Both the position numbers and the translations under genes were made by a program. A stretch of DNA of 64,000 bases from an uncultured Bacteroidales bacterium (GTDB lineage Bacteria > Bacteroidota > Bacteroidia > Bacteroidales > VadinHA17), in assembly GCA_963719235.1 (NCBI GenBank), contig CAVRBS010000011.1:6275-70274 (forward strand). Direction: 5' to 3'. The notes beneath the pieces were generated by a model, which searched no databases, was not told where the DNA came from, and worked only from the letters and a program-made list of their open reading frames with translations. Position 1 is the first letter of the stretch. Each line of letters starts with the position of its first letter. Shown here piece by piece: positions 39,028 through 50,881 of this stretch.

Positions 39028-41473
39028 TCAATTGTTTATTATAGAAAGTATATCCGTGAAAATACCTGATGCGGTTACGTCAGCACCTGCCCCGGCACCC
39101 TTTATTATTAACGGTCTCTCGGGATAACGTTTAGAATATATGGAAACGACATTATCATTCCCCTCAAGATAGAAAAATGAATGAGAGGAGCTTCCACTTC
39201 CTTTCAGAAAGATGCCAGCCTTTCCGTTTTCAAACCTGGCAATGATTCTCATTCTTCCATTCCGTGCAATGGTACCCTCTCTTATCTTTTCAAAATATTC
39301 ATTATAGCTTTTCAACTGATCCTGGAACGCGTCAGCTTTATATACCTCAGGCAGTGGGTGAGGAAGATAGCTTTCGAAGACTATATCAGAAGCCTCAATT
39401 TTTATCCCTGCTTCCCTGACAAGTATTAACAGTTTTCTCGAAACATCATCACCGCGCAGATCGATTAACGGATCCGGTTCTGTATATCCTTCCTTCATGG
39501 CTTTTAAGTACAGAATCACTGAATTTCATGCCTTTGCAATAGTTGTTAAATATAAAATTAAGGCTTCCGGAAAGCACAGCTTCAATCCGGTAAAGCTGAT
39601 CGCCTGTTTTTACCATATTGTCAATCGTCTGAATTATAGGCAAACCTGCAGCAACATTGCTCTCAAACCTGAAATGGACCCTCTTGCCGATTGCTATCTT
39701 TTTCAATTTAAGAAAGTTATCATACGGAGATGATGCAGCAATTTTATTACACGTCACAATAGAAATACTTTTAGAAAGTATTCTTTCGTATAATTGAGAG
39801 ACATCAACGTTTGCAGTATTATCAATAAAAATTGAGTTTGGCAGGTTCAGCCTGAACATTTCATCAATAAACTCTTCAAGGTTTGTATTCCTTTCGCTTG
39901 ACATCATTGACATTTTTCCAATCCTTTACTTCAATGCCTTTCTTCCTGATGAGCATTTTCCTTGAGTTTGCCAGGCCTGCAATTCTGAAATCAGTCTGAT
40001 ATTCGTGATGAAGAAGACAGACTGGGAAAGTATCTGTTTAACAAAGGCTGTTCCAACATTGCCTGTACCAACAATAAACAGGTTAATTATCTTATTCGCT
40101 GAAAGCAGAAACTCCTGGTGAATTGCGTTTACGGCTTTGTGACAATCAATGTTTTTTACAACTACCGAAATATTCAATTCGGATGAACCCTGTGCAATGG
40201 CATGAATATTTATACCGTTTTTACCGAGTGCTGAAAAAGCCTGGCCACTTATCCCTACAGCATATTTCATTCCTTCACCTACCATCACAACAATTGAATA
40301 TCCTGCTTCAAGTATCGACTGCCTGACTCTTCCGGTTTGAATTTCAAATTCAAACTCATCATTCAGAACTTCACTGGCCTTCTCTCCTGACTTCTGATCA
40401 ATGGCAATGCAGATTGACTGTTCCGATGATGCCTGAGTAATCAGTATGACATTAATATTATTTCTGGCCAGTGCAGTGAACATTCTTGCTGCGATTCCCA
40501 CCACACCGACCATTCCGCTTCCGGTTAATGATACCAGGCAGACCTCATTGATAGCTGATACTGCTTTAAGAACATTGCCATTCGCAGAGGGTGTATCACT
40601 TATCATAGTACCCTTGGCATGCTGATCAAAAGTATTCTTAACCAACACTGGTATCTTTTTCTTCATCACTGGCTGGATGGTAGGAGGATAGATGACTTTT
40701 GCCCCAAAATGGCTGAGTTCCAGAACCTCAGCGTAAGACAACTCAGGTATGGGGTAAGCATCTTCGGTATAGGATGGGTCAGCTGTATATATTCCGCTTA
40801 CATCAGTCCATATTTCAAGAATATCAGCGTTTAAGGCTGCCGCGATGATAGATGCTGTGAAATCTGACCCTCCCCTGCCAAGTGTGGTAGGATAACCCTG
40901 TACTGAACTCGATATATATCCTGAGGTGATGGTTACATCGATATCAGGTAACAGTTTTTCCCTGATAGCATGCTCAGTGGTTTCTGCTTCCACCCTCTCG
41001 GCTCCGTTAATCAGTTTTGTGAAGATCATGCTTCTTGCATCCACATATCTGACATTAGGCAAATTCTCTGTCAAAACAGCATGGATAATCTGCATAGACA
41101 TCTGTTCGCCAAACCCAAGCACCAGATCAGTCGACCGCAAGGTAACCTCCCCGATATTTGAAATTCCTCCGAGGATGTCTGTCAGTCTCGCTTTCAGTTC
41201 TTTTATTTTCCCGGTGACATTGAGGGCATTTTCTGAATTGAGAAGCTGTGTGGATATAGCCTGATGTCTCTTTTCAATATCATCTAAAACTGAAATGTAC
41301 CTGTCATTCTTTGCTGAAGCAAGCTCCAGACACTCAGAAAGCATGTTTGTTACTCCGGAAAGAGCGGAGAAGACAACAACCAAAGGCTCATCCTGCCCCC
41401 TGATAATCTCAGCTACTGTTCTGATGCTATCGACACTACCGACAGATGTTCCCCCGAATTTCAAGACTTTCAT
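39028..41473 (-). CDS. thrA: Bifunctional aspartokinase / homoserine dehydrogenase; at least 3 frameshifts
   Basis: Starts MKVLKFGGTSVG. The ACT region and the homoserine dehydrogenase NAD fold LFIVGTGNVGTAF are present. The pieces 39926..41560, 39449..39913 and 39028..39519 are colinear, with frame switches near 40020, 39905 and 39480-39519. Confidence 0.85.
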
Positions 41474-41699
41474 ATTCAATTGATTATAATCATTCTCTAA
41501 ACGGGAATGCCCGTTGTAGCACAAATATAATAAACAATTGTTTTCATCCCCGGTGATCATGAAAGATGCATCTCATAACAGGCTATACCTCCTTTATGCA
41601 ACCCTCTGCCCTATTATCATGTCTGTTTAATAGTTGATAATGATAATATGCAGTTATGATTTGCGTTAAAAATGCTAAGTTTGGCACAATTTCAGGGAA

Positions 41700-43733
41700 G
41701 TGATGAGAAGATTCTGTATATATAGCATACTGCTTTTTATTTTTTGTCTTCCGTTAACAGCACAGACTTTTACCAGCAGCAACCTTCCTATCTGCATAAT
41801 CACAACTGACGGTGGCGTGTCAATCCCAGATGAGCCCGGCGTGCTTGGCAATCTGAAGATCATATACCGTGGCCCCGGTCAAAGAAACTATGTAACCGAT
41901 CAGAATAACCCGGCTTACCTGAACTATAACGGCAGGATTGACATAGAAAAGAGAGGGTCGTCATCGCAGGCATCCCCAAAGAGGAACTACGGTTTTACGA
42001 CCCTGAAGGCTGATAATACCACCAACAACAATGTCAGCCTGCTTGGCATGCCTGAAGAAAATGACTGGATACTGGGCGGGATGGTTTTCGATACCGCCCT
42101 GATACGCGATTATCTCTGCATGAACCTGTCACGTAAACTTGGCAACTATGCCTCACGCACTGAATACTGCGAGGTCATGGTTAACAATGATTATAAGGGT
42201 CTCTTCGTCCTCGAGGAGAAAATCAAGGCTGATGACGGCAGGGTTGATGTACTGAAGATAGGTACCGGTGACAACACACAGCCAAACGTTTCCGGCGGTT
42301 ACATCACCAAGGCGGACAAGACCACAGGAGGTGACCCCGTTGCCTGGACCATGTATTCATTCGAAGGGTCACCGGTGGAGTATATTCATGACCTGCCGAA
42401 GCCTGAAAACGCAACCGCCTACCAGACAAGTTACATCAAGGGTGAATTCACCAAGCTCGAGACAGCAGCAAGATACAACGATATCTCGATCGTCAACGGT
42501 TATCCTGCAATAATTGATATTCCATCTTTCATTGACTTCATGATCATTAATGAGTTCGCCTCCAATCCCGATGCTTACCAGTACAGTACTTTCTTTCACA
42601 AGGACAGGAACGGGAAGCTGAGGGCAGGACCGATATGGGATCTGGATCTTTCTTTTGGCAATGATCTGTTCATGTGGGGGTTCGACCGCAGCAAAACAAA
42701 CATGTGGTACTTCGAGGACATGTACTATAATAATGGTTCCAGGTTCTGGTATGATCTATTTAATAGCAGCACCTACAGATGCTACCTGGCCAGAAGATGG
42801 AATGAAGTCATTCAGCCTGGCCAGCCGATGTACCCTGACAGTATTAAAGCATTCATAGATAAGACTGTGACTTACATAAGCGAGGCTGTGGAAAGAGACT
42901 ATGAAAGGTGGGATAAGCTGGGAAGCCATGCTCAACGTATTACCGGCATTAAAAACTTCATAAATGCCCGGATGGCCTGGATGACGCTCAATCTTGGTTC
43001 ATACACAGCATGCAGCAATATTACGGTGCCCGGACTCGTGATAACGAAAATCAATTACCACCCCTCCCCCACAGTAGCCTACCCTGACGATGATGATCTC
43101 GAATTCATTGAAATACGTAATAACAGCGATGTGGCAGTCAGTCTGACAGGTATTTATTTCAGGGGCACCGGGCTGACATACGTCTTCCCGTCAGGAGCAA
43201 CCCTCGCTCCGCATTTGTGCGTCATCATCGCAAGCAATAAAACCGCTTTCCAGGCGAACTGGGGTTTTACCCCGTTTGGTCAGTTCACCAGGCATTTATC
43301 GAACAGCAGCGAAGACCTGGTGCTTCTGGATGCTTTTGGAAATGTCATCGATGAAGTGTACTATTATGATATGGCGCCATGGCCTGCAGCAGACGGAAAC
43401 GGCTATTACCTGAAGCTGGCGGATATAAACCTTGACAACAGCCTTGCCTCAAGCTGGACATCATCAAATGGTGTCATCAGCTCTGTCGGAGAGACGCCTG
43501 AAGATATCTCCCTTGATATTTACCCTAACCCGGTCAGTGACTTGCTTTACATAAAATCAGGACCGGAAATTATAAGCCTGAATATATATGATCTTCAGGG
43601 CCGGTTATTAATGACGGTCACCGGAGGTGATAATACGTGTGAAATTGATGTCAGGCACCTTATGAAAGGTACCTATATTATCAAGGTTATTACCGATGGT
43701 GGTAACCGGACAGAAAAGATAGTGAAAGACTGA
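41700..43733 (+). CDS. Secreted CotH kinase-family protein with a lamin-tail domain and a T9SS C-terminal sorting domain
   Basis: CotH-like LPICIITTDGG..IPDEP and IRDYLCMNLSRKLGNYASRTEYCEVMVNNDYKGLFVLEEKIK. LTD ITKINYHP...LEFIEIRNNSD. CTD DIYPNPVSDLLYIK...GTYIIKV. Confidence 0.75.
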   Translation: MMRRFCIYSILLFIFCLPLTAQTFTSSNLPICIITTDGGVSIPDEPGVLGNLKIIYRGPGQRNYVTDQNNPAYLNYNGRIDIEKRGSSSQASPKRNYGFTTLKADNTTNNNVSLLGMPEENDWILGGMVFDTALIRDYLCMNLSRKLGNYASRTEYCEVMVNNDYKGLFVLEEKIKADDGRVDVLKIGTGDNTQPNVSGGYITKADKTTGGDPVAWTMYSFEGSPVEYIHDLPKPENATAYQTSYIKGEFTKLETAARYNDISIVNGYPAIIDIPSFIDFMIINEFASNPDAYQYSTFFHKDRNGKLRAGPIWDLDLSFGNDLFMWGFDRSKTNMWYFEDMYYNNGSRFWYDLFNSSTYRCYLARRWNEVIQPGQPMYPDSIKAFIDKTVTYISEAVERDYERWDKLGSHAQRITGIKNFINARMAWMTLNLGSYTACSNITVPGLVITKINYHPSPTVAYPDDDDLEFIEIRNNSDVAVSLTGIYFRGTGLTYVFPSGATLAPHLCVIIASNKTAFQANWGFTPFGQFTRHLSNSSEDLVLLDAFGNVIDEVYYYDMAPWPAADGNGYYLKLADINLDNSLASSWTSSNGVISSVGETPEDISLDIYPNPVSDLLYIKSGPEIISLNIYDLQGRLLMTVTGGDNTCEIDVRHLMKGTYIIKVITDGGNRTEKIVKD

Positions 43734-43737
43734 TCAC

Positions 43738-44274
43738 CTACCAGATATAAGTGGCAGCCGCACCACTTTCGAGGCTCAGCTGTACAGTGTTCCCCCTGAA
43801 TTTTACATTGAAATTCTTCTTTGCCGGAGCAGTATTTATCACTATCAGGACTTTCTTTCCATCCGGTGTTCTGAATGCCACATTTGGAATGTTTCCAGGG
43901 GCGCCTACCCACTGCTCGGTGAAGTAAAGGTTCTTGTCCGGATAAGCATCATGAACGGCCGTAAGCGCATTAATTGTGCCTCCGTACAGGTGAAATGCTG
44001 ATCCGTCGACATACTCCCTGGCGCCTGGGTCATTCAGTATGCTGAGAGGATAGTCAGTCCTGTCGGCATTATGATCATAGACAATGATTTTTGTGGTTAT
44101 GCCTGCAGCCGCAAATGCCGGTCCTTGGCTCTGTTTGATAAATAGTGCCTGATCGGCCGCTGTCATGTACATACTTGGGTTATTGCCGGGATAAAGAGTC
44201 TCATTCTGAATGATGATGCCATCAATTGTGATACCATCTGCCTGCATCGCCTGGATATATTTTACAAAATACAT
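43738..44274 (-). pseudogene. GH30-family glycoside hydrolase remnant (178 aa; N-terminus missing and an apparent internal deletion)
   Basis: It retains the IIIQNE (acid/base) and LYFTEQW (nucleophile) strands and the final beta-domain strand. It lacks the ~200 N-terminal residues and the segment after the nucleophile. Confidence 0.55.
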
Positions 44275-44442
44275 TTGACTTTTATCCTTTGCGACATCAT
44301 ACCACTCTCAAGATCCGGGCCTCTGCATTAATTGTCTCAATCAATCTTCGGGTTGTGTCCGGGCTTAAACCAAGTTATTCATATATGCAAAATTTATTTT
44401 TAATATGGAAATTAGCTATTTTAACAGCCCGGAAACTGAACA

Positions 44443-47311
44443 ATGGGAAGATTACTCTTTATATTATTGATTTCAATCCCAATCTCAACATTGGCTCAGA
44501 TAAAGTCCATAGGCACACCTAATATCAGGAACTACCCTAAATCAGAATATAATGCCGGGACTCAGAACTGGGTCATTAGCCAGGATAATAATGGGTTTAT
44601 CTATTTTGCAAATAATGACGGACTATTGTGCTTCAATGGAGTTGAATGGGATCTGACCAGGGTCTCCACAAGTTCTCCGCTAAGAAGTATCATGGTAGAT
44701 GATAATAATAATATTTATGCCGGATTGATAAATGACTTCGGAATAATTTACCGAAAGGCGAACATGGCCTCCAAGTTCCATAGTCTCAAGGACCTTGTAC
44801 CGGAAGAGTGTAAAGAATTCGATGATATCTGGCGCATTTATGAAGTTGATGGAGGGATATTTTTTCAATGCTATAAGTACATATTCCTGTACAAAGACGA
44901 AAGAATTGAGGTTATAAAGCCTGAAAATCTGTATCACTTTTCATTTAAGGTCGGTAACAGACTTTTCATTCAGGAACCGGGCATCGGGCTGTTTGAATTT
45001 CGAAACGGGAAGATGGAAGCATTGACCTGGTGGCAACAGCACGCCGGGAAAGAAATCAGCGTAATACTGGAGACAGATGGCAATAATATGCTTATAGGAA
45101 CAGCTCACAATGGAATATATCTTCTCGAAAACGGAACATTAAGGGAGTGGAATACGCCTGTTAACCAATATGTTAAAAAGAACATACTTTATTGTGCCAC
45201 CATGCTTCCGGGCAACTATTACGCCTTTGGGACAATACTTAACGGGCTTGTAATATCTGATAGGAAAGGCAATATTGTACATATTCTCAACGCTAATGCC
45301 GGGATACAAAATAATACCATACTCAGTTTATTTACTGACGGGGCCAAAAATCTATGGCTTGGGCTGGACAATGGGATTACCTATATTGAAACAAACTCTC
45401 CCATAAGCTATATCGGATCAAAAAAGATTGGAACAGGTTACTGTTGTAAAGTTTTTGAAGGGAACCTTTACCTTGGCACCAACCAGGGTCTTTACGTAAC
45501 GCCGTTTGACAGTCTGTCATATGCCGGAGATTTAAAGCTGGTAGAAAATACTGCAGGCCAGGTATGGACACTTGAAGAATTCGACGGACAATTACTTTGT
45601 GGACATGACAAGGGTACTTTTATTGTACATGGACTTACCGCTGAAAATATTTGTGACGAAGCAGGTGCCTGGAAATATATACAATTGAAGGGCGATCCGG
45701 AACTATTAATTGCAGGGCATTACCATGGCCTGGTTTTATTCAGGAATATAAACAGTCAATGGAAATTTTATAAGAAGGTAGAGGGATTTGAAGAATCCTG
45801 CCGCTACCTATACCAGGATCAGGATGGATATATATGGGTTGGCCATAGCGGAAGAGGTATCTTCAGATTGAAACTTGATGAGGATGCCTGCAGAGTGGTT
45901 GATCTTGTCATGTATACTGATATTCAAGGACTTCCGTCGAATGTTGGCAATATACTCCTTAAGTCCTGGAAAGATATTTTCGTAGCCACAGATAAGGGTT
46001 CTTTTGAGTTTGATAAAGCCAGCGGGACATTCTTGCGGTCACCCGGAATGAATGAAGTATTCGGAGGTTCCGGCAAGGTAAAATCCCTGGCTGCAGACAA
46101 TGCCGGAAACATTTGGTTCATTGCTGATTTCAGCGGCAGGGTTTGTCCGTGAGAATGAAGACATGAGCTATACAAGAATAACTGTTCCTTTAAGAAAACT
46201 TCATAGGAAGTATGTTAAGGAATTCGAGTTTATTTATCCCTATGACAGCAAAAACATATTTATTGGCCTGGAAGATGGATTTGCTCATTACGCACCTCTT
46301 ATTCCCAAGTCTTACAATGAAAAATTCAAGGCATTTATAACAACGGTTGAATTGCCTTATATGGACTCTGTGTTGTATCTAATGGCTGCCGAGGTAAATG
46401 CAGGTCATAAGTTCCCTTACAGGAATAATTCATTCAGATTTCAGTTTGCTGCACCGTATTTTGAAAATATGGGACCCCTGGAGTTCAGTTACCAGCTGGA
46501 AGGGCTCTCTGATGAATGGTCTGACTGGACAACTGACAGATATAAGGATTTTGCCATGCTGCATGAAGGCAGCTATACAATAAAACTGAAATCAAGGAAT
46601 ATTTACGGCGTAGAAAGTGAACCAGCCTATTTCTCCTTTAAGATACTGCCTCCCTGGCACAGGTCTGTCACAGCCTATTTAATATACACGGCACTTTCTC
46701 TTGGTCTGATATTTTTAATCATAAGGTACATATTATACCGGGTCAGACAGTCAGTTCTCAGACAGGAGGAGAAGCACAGGCAGGAAATAAAAGAAAAGGA
46801 AGAACAATATCAGCGTGAGGCCCTTATCTCTGAAAGAGAGATTATCAAATTGCGAAATGAAAAATTGCAAAATGAAATGATAGCAAGGGATAAGGAGCTT
46901 GCAAATCAAACAATGGGTATTATAAATAAGAATAAGTTCCTGAAAAAGGTTAATGAAGATCTGGGTAATATCCAGGATTTTATTGTCAACGATGCTGCTA
47001 AGGCAAAGATACTTGGACTGAAAAAACTTATAAAGAAAGAGATTGACCTAAAACTTCAGAATAAAATCTTTGAAACTTATTTTGATGAAGCAAATGAAGA
47101 TTTCTTTAAGCGGTTGAAAGAGAAATATCCCGACCTGACTCCATATGACTTAAGGTTATGTGCCTTTGTCAAAATGAATATTTCTACGAAGGAAATCGCT
47201 ACTATCCTAAATATTTCATACAGGGGAGCTGAAGTCAGCCGTTACCGGCTTCGGAAAAAAATGGACCTTCCCAGGGAAGTAAACCTTTCATCCCACCTTG
47301 CAAGTTTTTAA
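44443..47311 (+). CDS. One-component transmembrane sensor/regulator: beta-propeller repeats + Y_Y_Y domain + TM + LuxR-type HTH; one frameshift
   Basis: Y_Y_Y block FSYQLEGLSDEWSDWT...GSYTIKLKSRN. TM helix AYLIYTALSLGLIFLII. C-terminal HTH LRLCAFVKMNISTKEIATILNISYRGAEVSRYRLRKKM. ORFs 44443..46152 and 46100..47311 are colinear. Confidence 0.8.
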
Positions 47312-47380
47312 TGCTCGCGGGTGATTGAGCCATTCTTATAGTCTCCTTATTTCCGTTTCAATACCGGAATAGACCAAACC

Positions 47381-47469
47381 GTAGTACTTTTAGCTAATAA
47401 AACAAGGCTTATGATAACTGATATGTAGTGTTGTTGAAGTGTTGGTAATTACATGCTGTAGTATTTTAG
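47381..47469 (+). promoter_or_regulatory. Direct repeat GTAGTA(C)TTTTAG (47381-47393 and 47458-47469) in the 270-nt region between the sensor gene and the first glucan-locus gene
   Basis: Read directly. The copies are about 77 nt apart. This is a candidate operator pair for the adjacent LuxR-type regulator. Confidence 0.25.
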
Positions 47470-47581
47470 TAGTGTCGGTTATATAGGATTTGCATTTAGT
47501 TTATTGACAGCTTTATGTAATAAAATTCCCGAAAAAACAAGAATCTTAGAAATTAGAAAATAACATCAAACAGAAAGATCT

Positions 47582-50500
47582 ATGAAAATTATTACCTGTT
47601 TTTTAATTCTTACTTTGATTTCTGCAGAAGCAATTTCTCAGGATAATGCAAAGCAGGACAAACTCGCTATTCCTGCTGGTACTGAAAGTGCTCAGGAAAT
47701 TAAAGTCGTTCAAAGTGAAGCCGGAGTTAAATTAGTTGTCGATGGGAAAGATTTCATGATAAATGGAATGAACTGGGATTATTTCCCAATTGGCACAAAT
47801 TTTTCCTACAGTCTGTGGAATCAGTCTGATGCATTTATCAAAGCTGCACTTGATCAGGAAATGTCGTTACTGCGTAGTATGGGTGTAAACGTGATACGAC
47901 AGTACACTGGAATCCAGCCAAAATGGATTGAGTATATATACCGTAATTATGGTATATACACTATGCTTAACCACTCGTTTGGACGATATGGGCTTACCCT
48001 GGGCGGTGAATGGGTGGCAAATACGGAGTATTCTGATCCAAGGGTACGTGAATTGCTTTTAAAAGAGGTAACCTCTTTAGTTAAAGAGTATAAGGGAACA
48101 CCCGGCCTGTTGATTTATCTTCTCGGAAATGAGAATAACTATGGTCTTTTCTGGGAAGGTGCTGAAACTGAGGATATTCCTATTGAAGACAGGAAATCAA
48201 CAACTCGTGCCATCTCACTGTACAAGCTGTTTAATGAAGCAGCAAACGCCATGAAGGAAATAGATACTTCTGTCCCTGTTGCAATGTGTAACGGGGATTT
48301 GCTTTTCCTCGATATCATAGCTAAGGAATGTGCTGATATTGACATTTTCGGAGTGAATATTTACAGGGGGGTATCCTTCGGCGACGCTTTTGAGAGAGTA
48401 AAAAAAGAATATGGTAAACCGGTTATGTTTACCGAATTTGGTGCTGATGCCTTTAATGCCCGTGATAATGAAGAAGACCAGTATGCACAGGCATATTACT
48501 TAACAGGTAACTGGAAGGAGATTTATGAAAATGCCGCCGGACTTGGCAAAGCAGAAAACAGCATAGGTGGTTTTACATTCCAGTTCAGTGATGGATGGTG
48601 GAAATTCGGGCAGACCAAAGGGACTGGATGTTCATGACAATAACGCCTCATGGGGCAATGGCGGATACCTGAATGACTTTGCCGAAGGTGAGAATAACAT
48701 GAATGAGGAATGGTTCGGGATTTGTGCGAAAGGTTCCCCAAACACTAACGGGCTGTATCAGCTCTTCCCCAGGGCAGCATATTATGCATTGCAGGAAGCA
48801 CATAATCTTGATCCTTATGCAGAAGGCATGACAACTGAAAGCATTGGCGCTCATTTCATGACAATTGAACTGATGGATGCTGTGCTGAAAGCCAGGGGTG
48901 ACAAAGCGGCACTGACTGCGGAGAAGATACAGAAGGTAAGAATAAGCGGATTGCGTACAGAGTTAACCACTTTCAGCACAGGTGGTACAAGAATATCGAC
49001 GCCTGATGATCCTGTAGAGGGTGAACGGAAATATCCCGATCAGCTTGGCTTTGATCATATGGAGTCGTTTTATCTTGAGGTACAGGCGCAGCCAACCGAA
49101 AGCGTCCGTGCAAATGTCTCATTCAACGTTCTCGGAAATGTTGCCGAAAACCCGATTGATGAAATTTTTTATGAAAACAGGGGACGGACGGAGGAAATTA
49201 ACACTGAAAACGGCAAGGTGGTTCTAAACTCCCTGTACAGGTTAGCGGTTTACAATGCCGATTTCACATGGAACCACAAATTATTCAACCTGACCAGTTT
49301 CTACCGTACCGGTCATTACCACTGGGGATATGAGGGGGATTTCTTTGGTCTTTATCCTGAAGCAAATTACGGTCCCAACATTGATATATACAACGGCCAG
49401 GCCCCGTTCGGAGTGGAATTTGAGGGCAAGCAATACCTTAATGGTTTAAAGGTGGCTTTCGGGCCTGAGCTCTGGTGGGGTGCCAACCCGGCTGTCCTTG
49501 TTAAATACAGTCGCAAATTCGGCAAATTTGATGTATCAGGCATTTTCCATGAGGATCTTGACGAACAGGCAAACACGGTAAGCTCATTTGCCATCCCGTT
49601 GCCTCCAACTCGCAGGACTACCCTTGCAGTAAAAAGAACTTTTGGAAAACTTGGCATTGAATTGGGTGGTATATGGGCTGGTCAGCCCCGGATTGGAGAA
49701 ACCTTCCAGCTTGTTCAGGGTGAAGAAGGAAATTATACTGTTTACGAAGATCAGATAAACTCTAACGATACCTGGGGAGGGAAAATGAAGGTCACATTCT
49801 CTGCAGGTCCTGTAAAGTGGTATGCCCAGGGAGCGGCAATGGGATTAGTTGCAGGCGGTGGTGCTGATTATACGAAAACATTTACAGGATGGAGGCTTAA
49901 AGACAGCGGAAGCGGAAACCAGTACAACTTCCTGACTGGCTTTGCCTATACAATCGGAAATCTGCAGTTAGCTCCAAACTTCCTCTGGCAAAAGCCGATT
50001 ATTGATCCCATGCCGGCAGATGTGCCTGCACCCGGCAGGTCAAGAAATATCCTCGATGATCCTTTTGCAGTAAGGCAGAACAGGGAAACCGTTGCAGGAG
50101 AGTTGTTGATTACATATGACCCGACACCCGGAACCTGGTTCTATGAGTGGGAAAATGATGAGGCTGAAGATGCATCATTTGCAATAAGTGCCGGAGTGGT
50201 TTATCGTCATCACACTACCACACAGGATGCCGCAATTGGAATAACTGGTGACGGACGTACAACATTTGCTTTTCCGGGCGCACCTCCGGCAAGAGATTTA
50301 TGGGAAGCAAACGCCCGTATAGTTTCCAGGATTACACCTGAGTTTGGTCTTATTGCTAATCTTCTGGCAGGCGATGGTGAATCGAACGGAAGCGATGAGC
50401 GGTTAATTCGTCGCTATGGCGGTGATATCAGGCTGGTATACAAGAATACCAAACTAATATCAATGGTTAAGGTCAATGACTGGGGCCCTTACGATTATCA

Positions 50501-50765
50501 CCGTGACTTCAACCTCACATATCCGCTTCAGGTAAAAATTGATCTTTCGACCACCGTTGCAAAGCCAAAATGGTTTGATATTCCTGAAACAAGGATAGGC
50601 ATACGTTTTACAGACAGAACACTGGATCAATATTCTCCCCGCTATTGTCCTACCAAAAATCCGGATGCTAATGGCGATTTAGTCTGTGACCCCACTGTTC
50701 CAGGTTATCCAAATGGAAATGAATGGGAGATCAGAACTTATTTAATTTTCAATATAGGCATGTAG
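47582..50765 (+). CDS. Secreted ~1060-aa protein: N-terminal clan GH-A (beta/alpha)8 hydrolase-like domain plus a ~700-aa Gly/aromatic-rich C-terminal region of unknown function; one frameshift
   Basis: Signal peptide MKIITCFLILTLISAEAISQ. LLGNENNYG and VMFTEFGADA strands. ORFs 47582..48637 and 48567..50765 join near 48600-48625 (SDGWWKFGQTK / LDVHDNNASWG). Confidence 0.55.
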
Positions 50766-50790
50766 CCAATTCAATCAGATAAAAAGATGA

Positions 50791-50848
50791 AACCCGCATG
50801 AATTGCATACAAAAACACATATGTATATAATTTTCAGACATGCGGGTT
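50791..50848 (+). other. Long intergenic stem-loop: 10-bp inverted repeat AACCCGCATG / CATGCGGGTT with a 38-nt loop
   Basis: Arms at 50791-50800 and 50839-50848, between two co-oriented glucan-locus genes. Confidence 0.5.
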
Positions 50849-50881
50849 CCATCAGACCATTAAAATAAAAAATATATACTG

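Noticed and set aside
41474-41699. A threonine-operon leader peptide or attenuator upstream of thrA, suggested by the hairpin AACGGG-aatg-CCCGTT near 41500-41516.
   Set aside because: The upstream open frame (MITGDENNCLLYLCYNGHSRLENDYNQLN) has no Thr/Ile run. The hairpin is short and has no U-tract.
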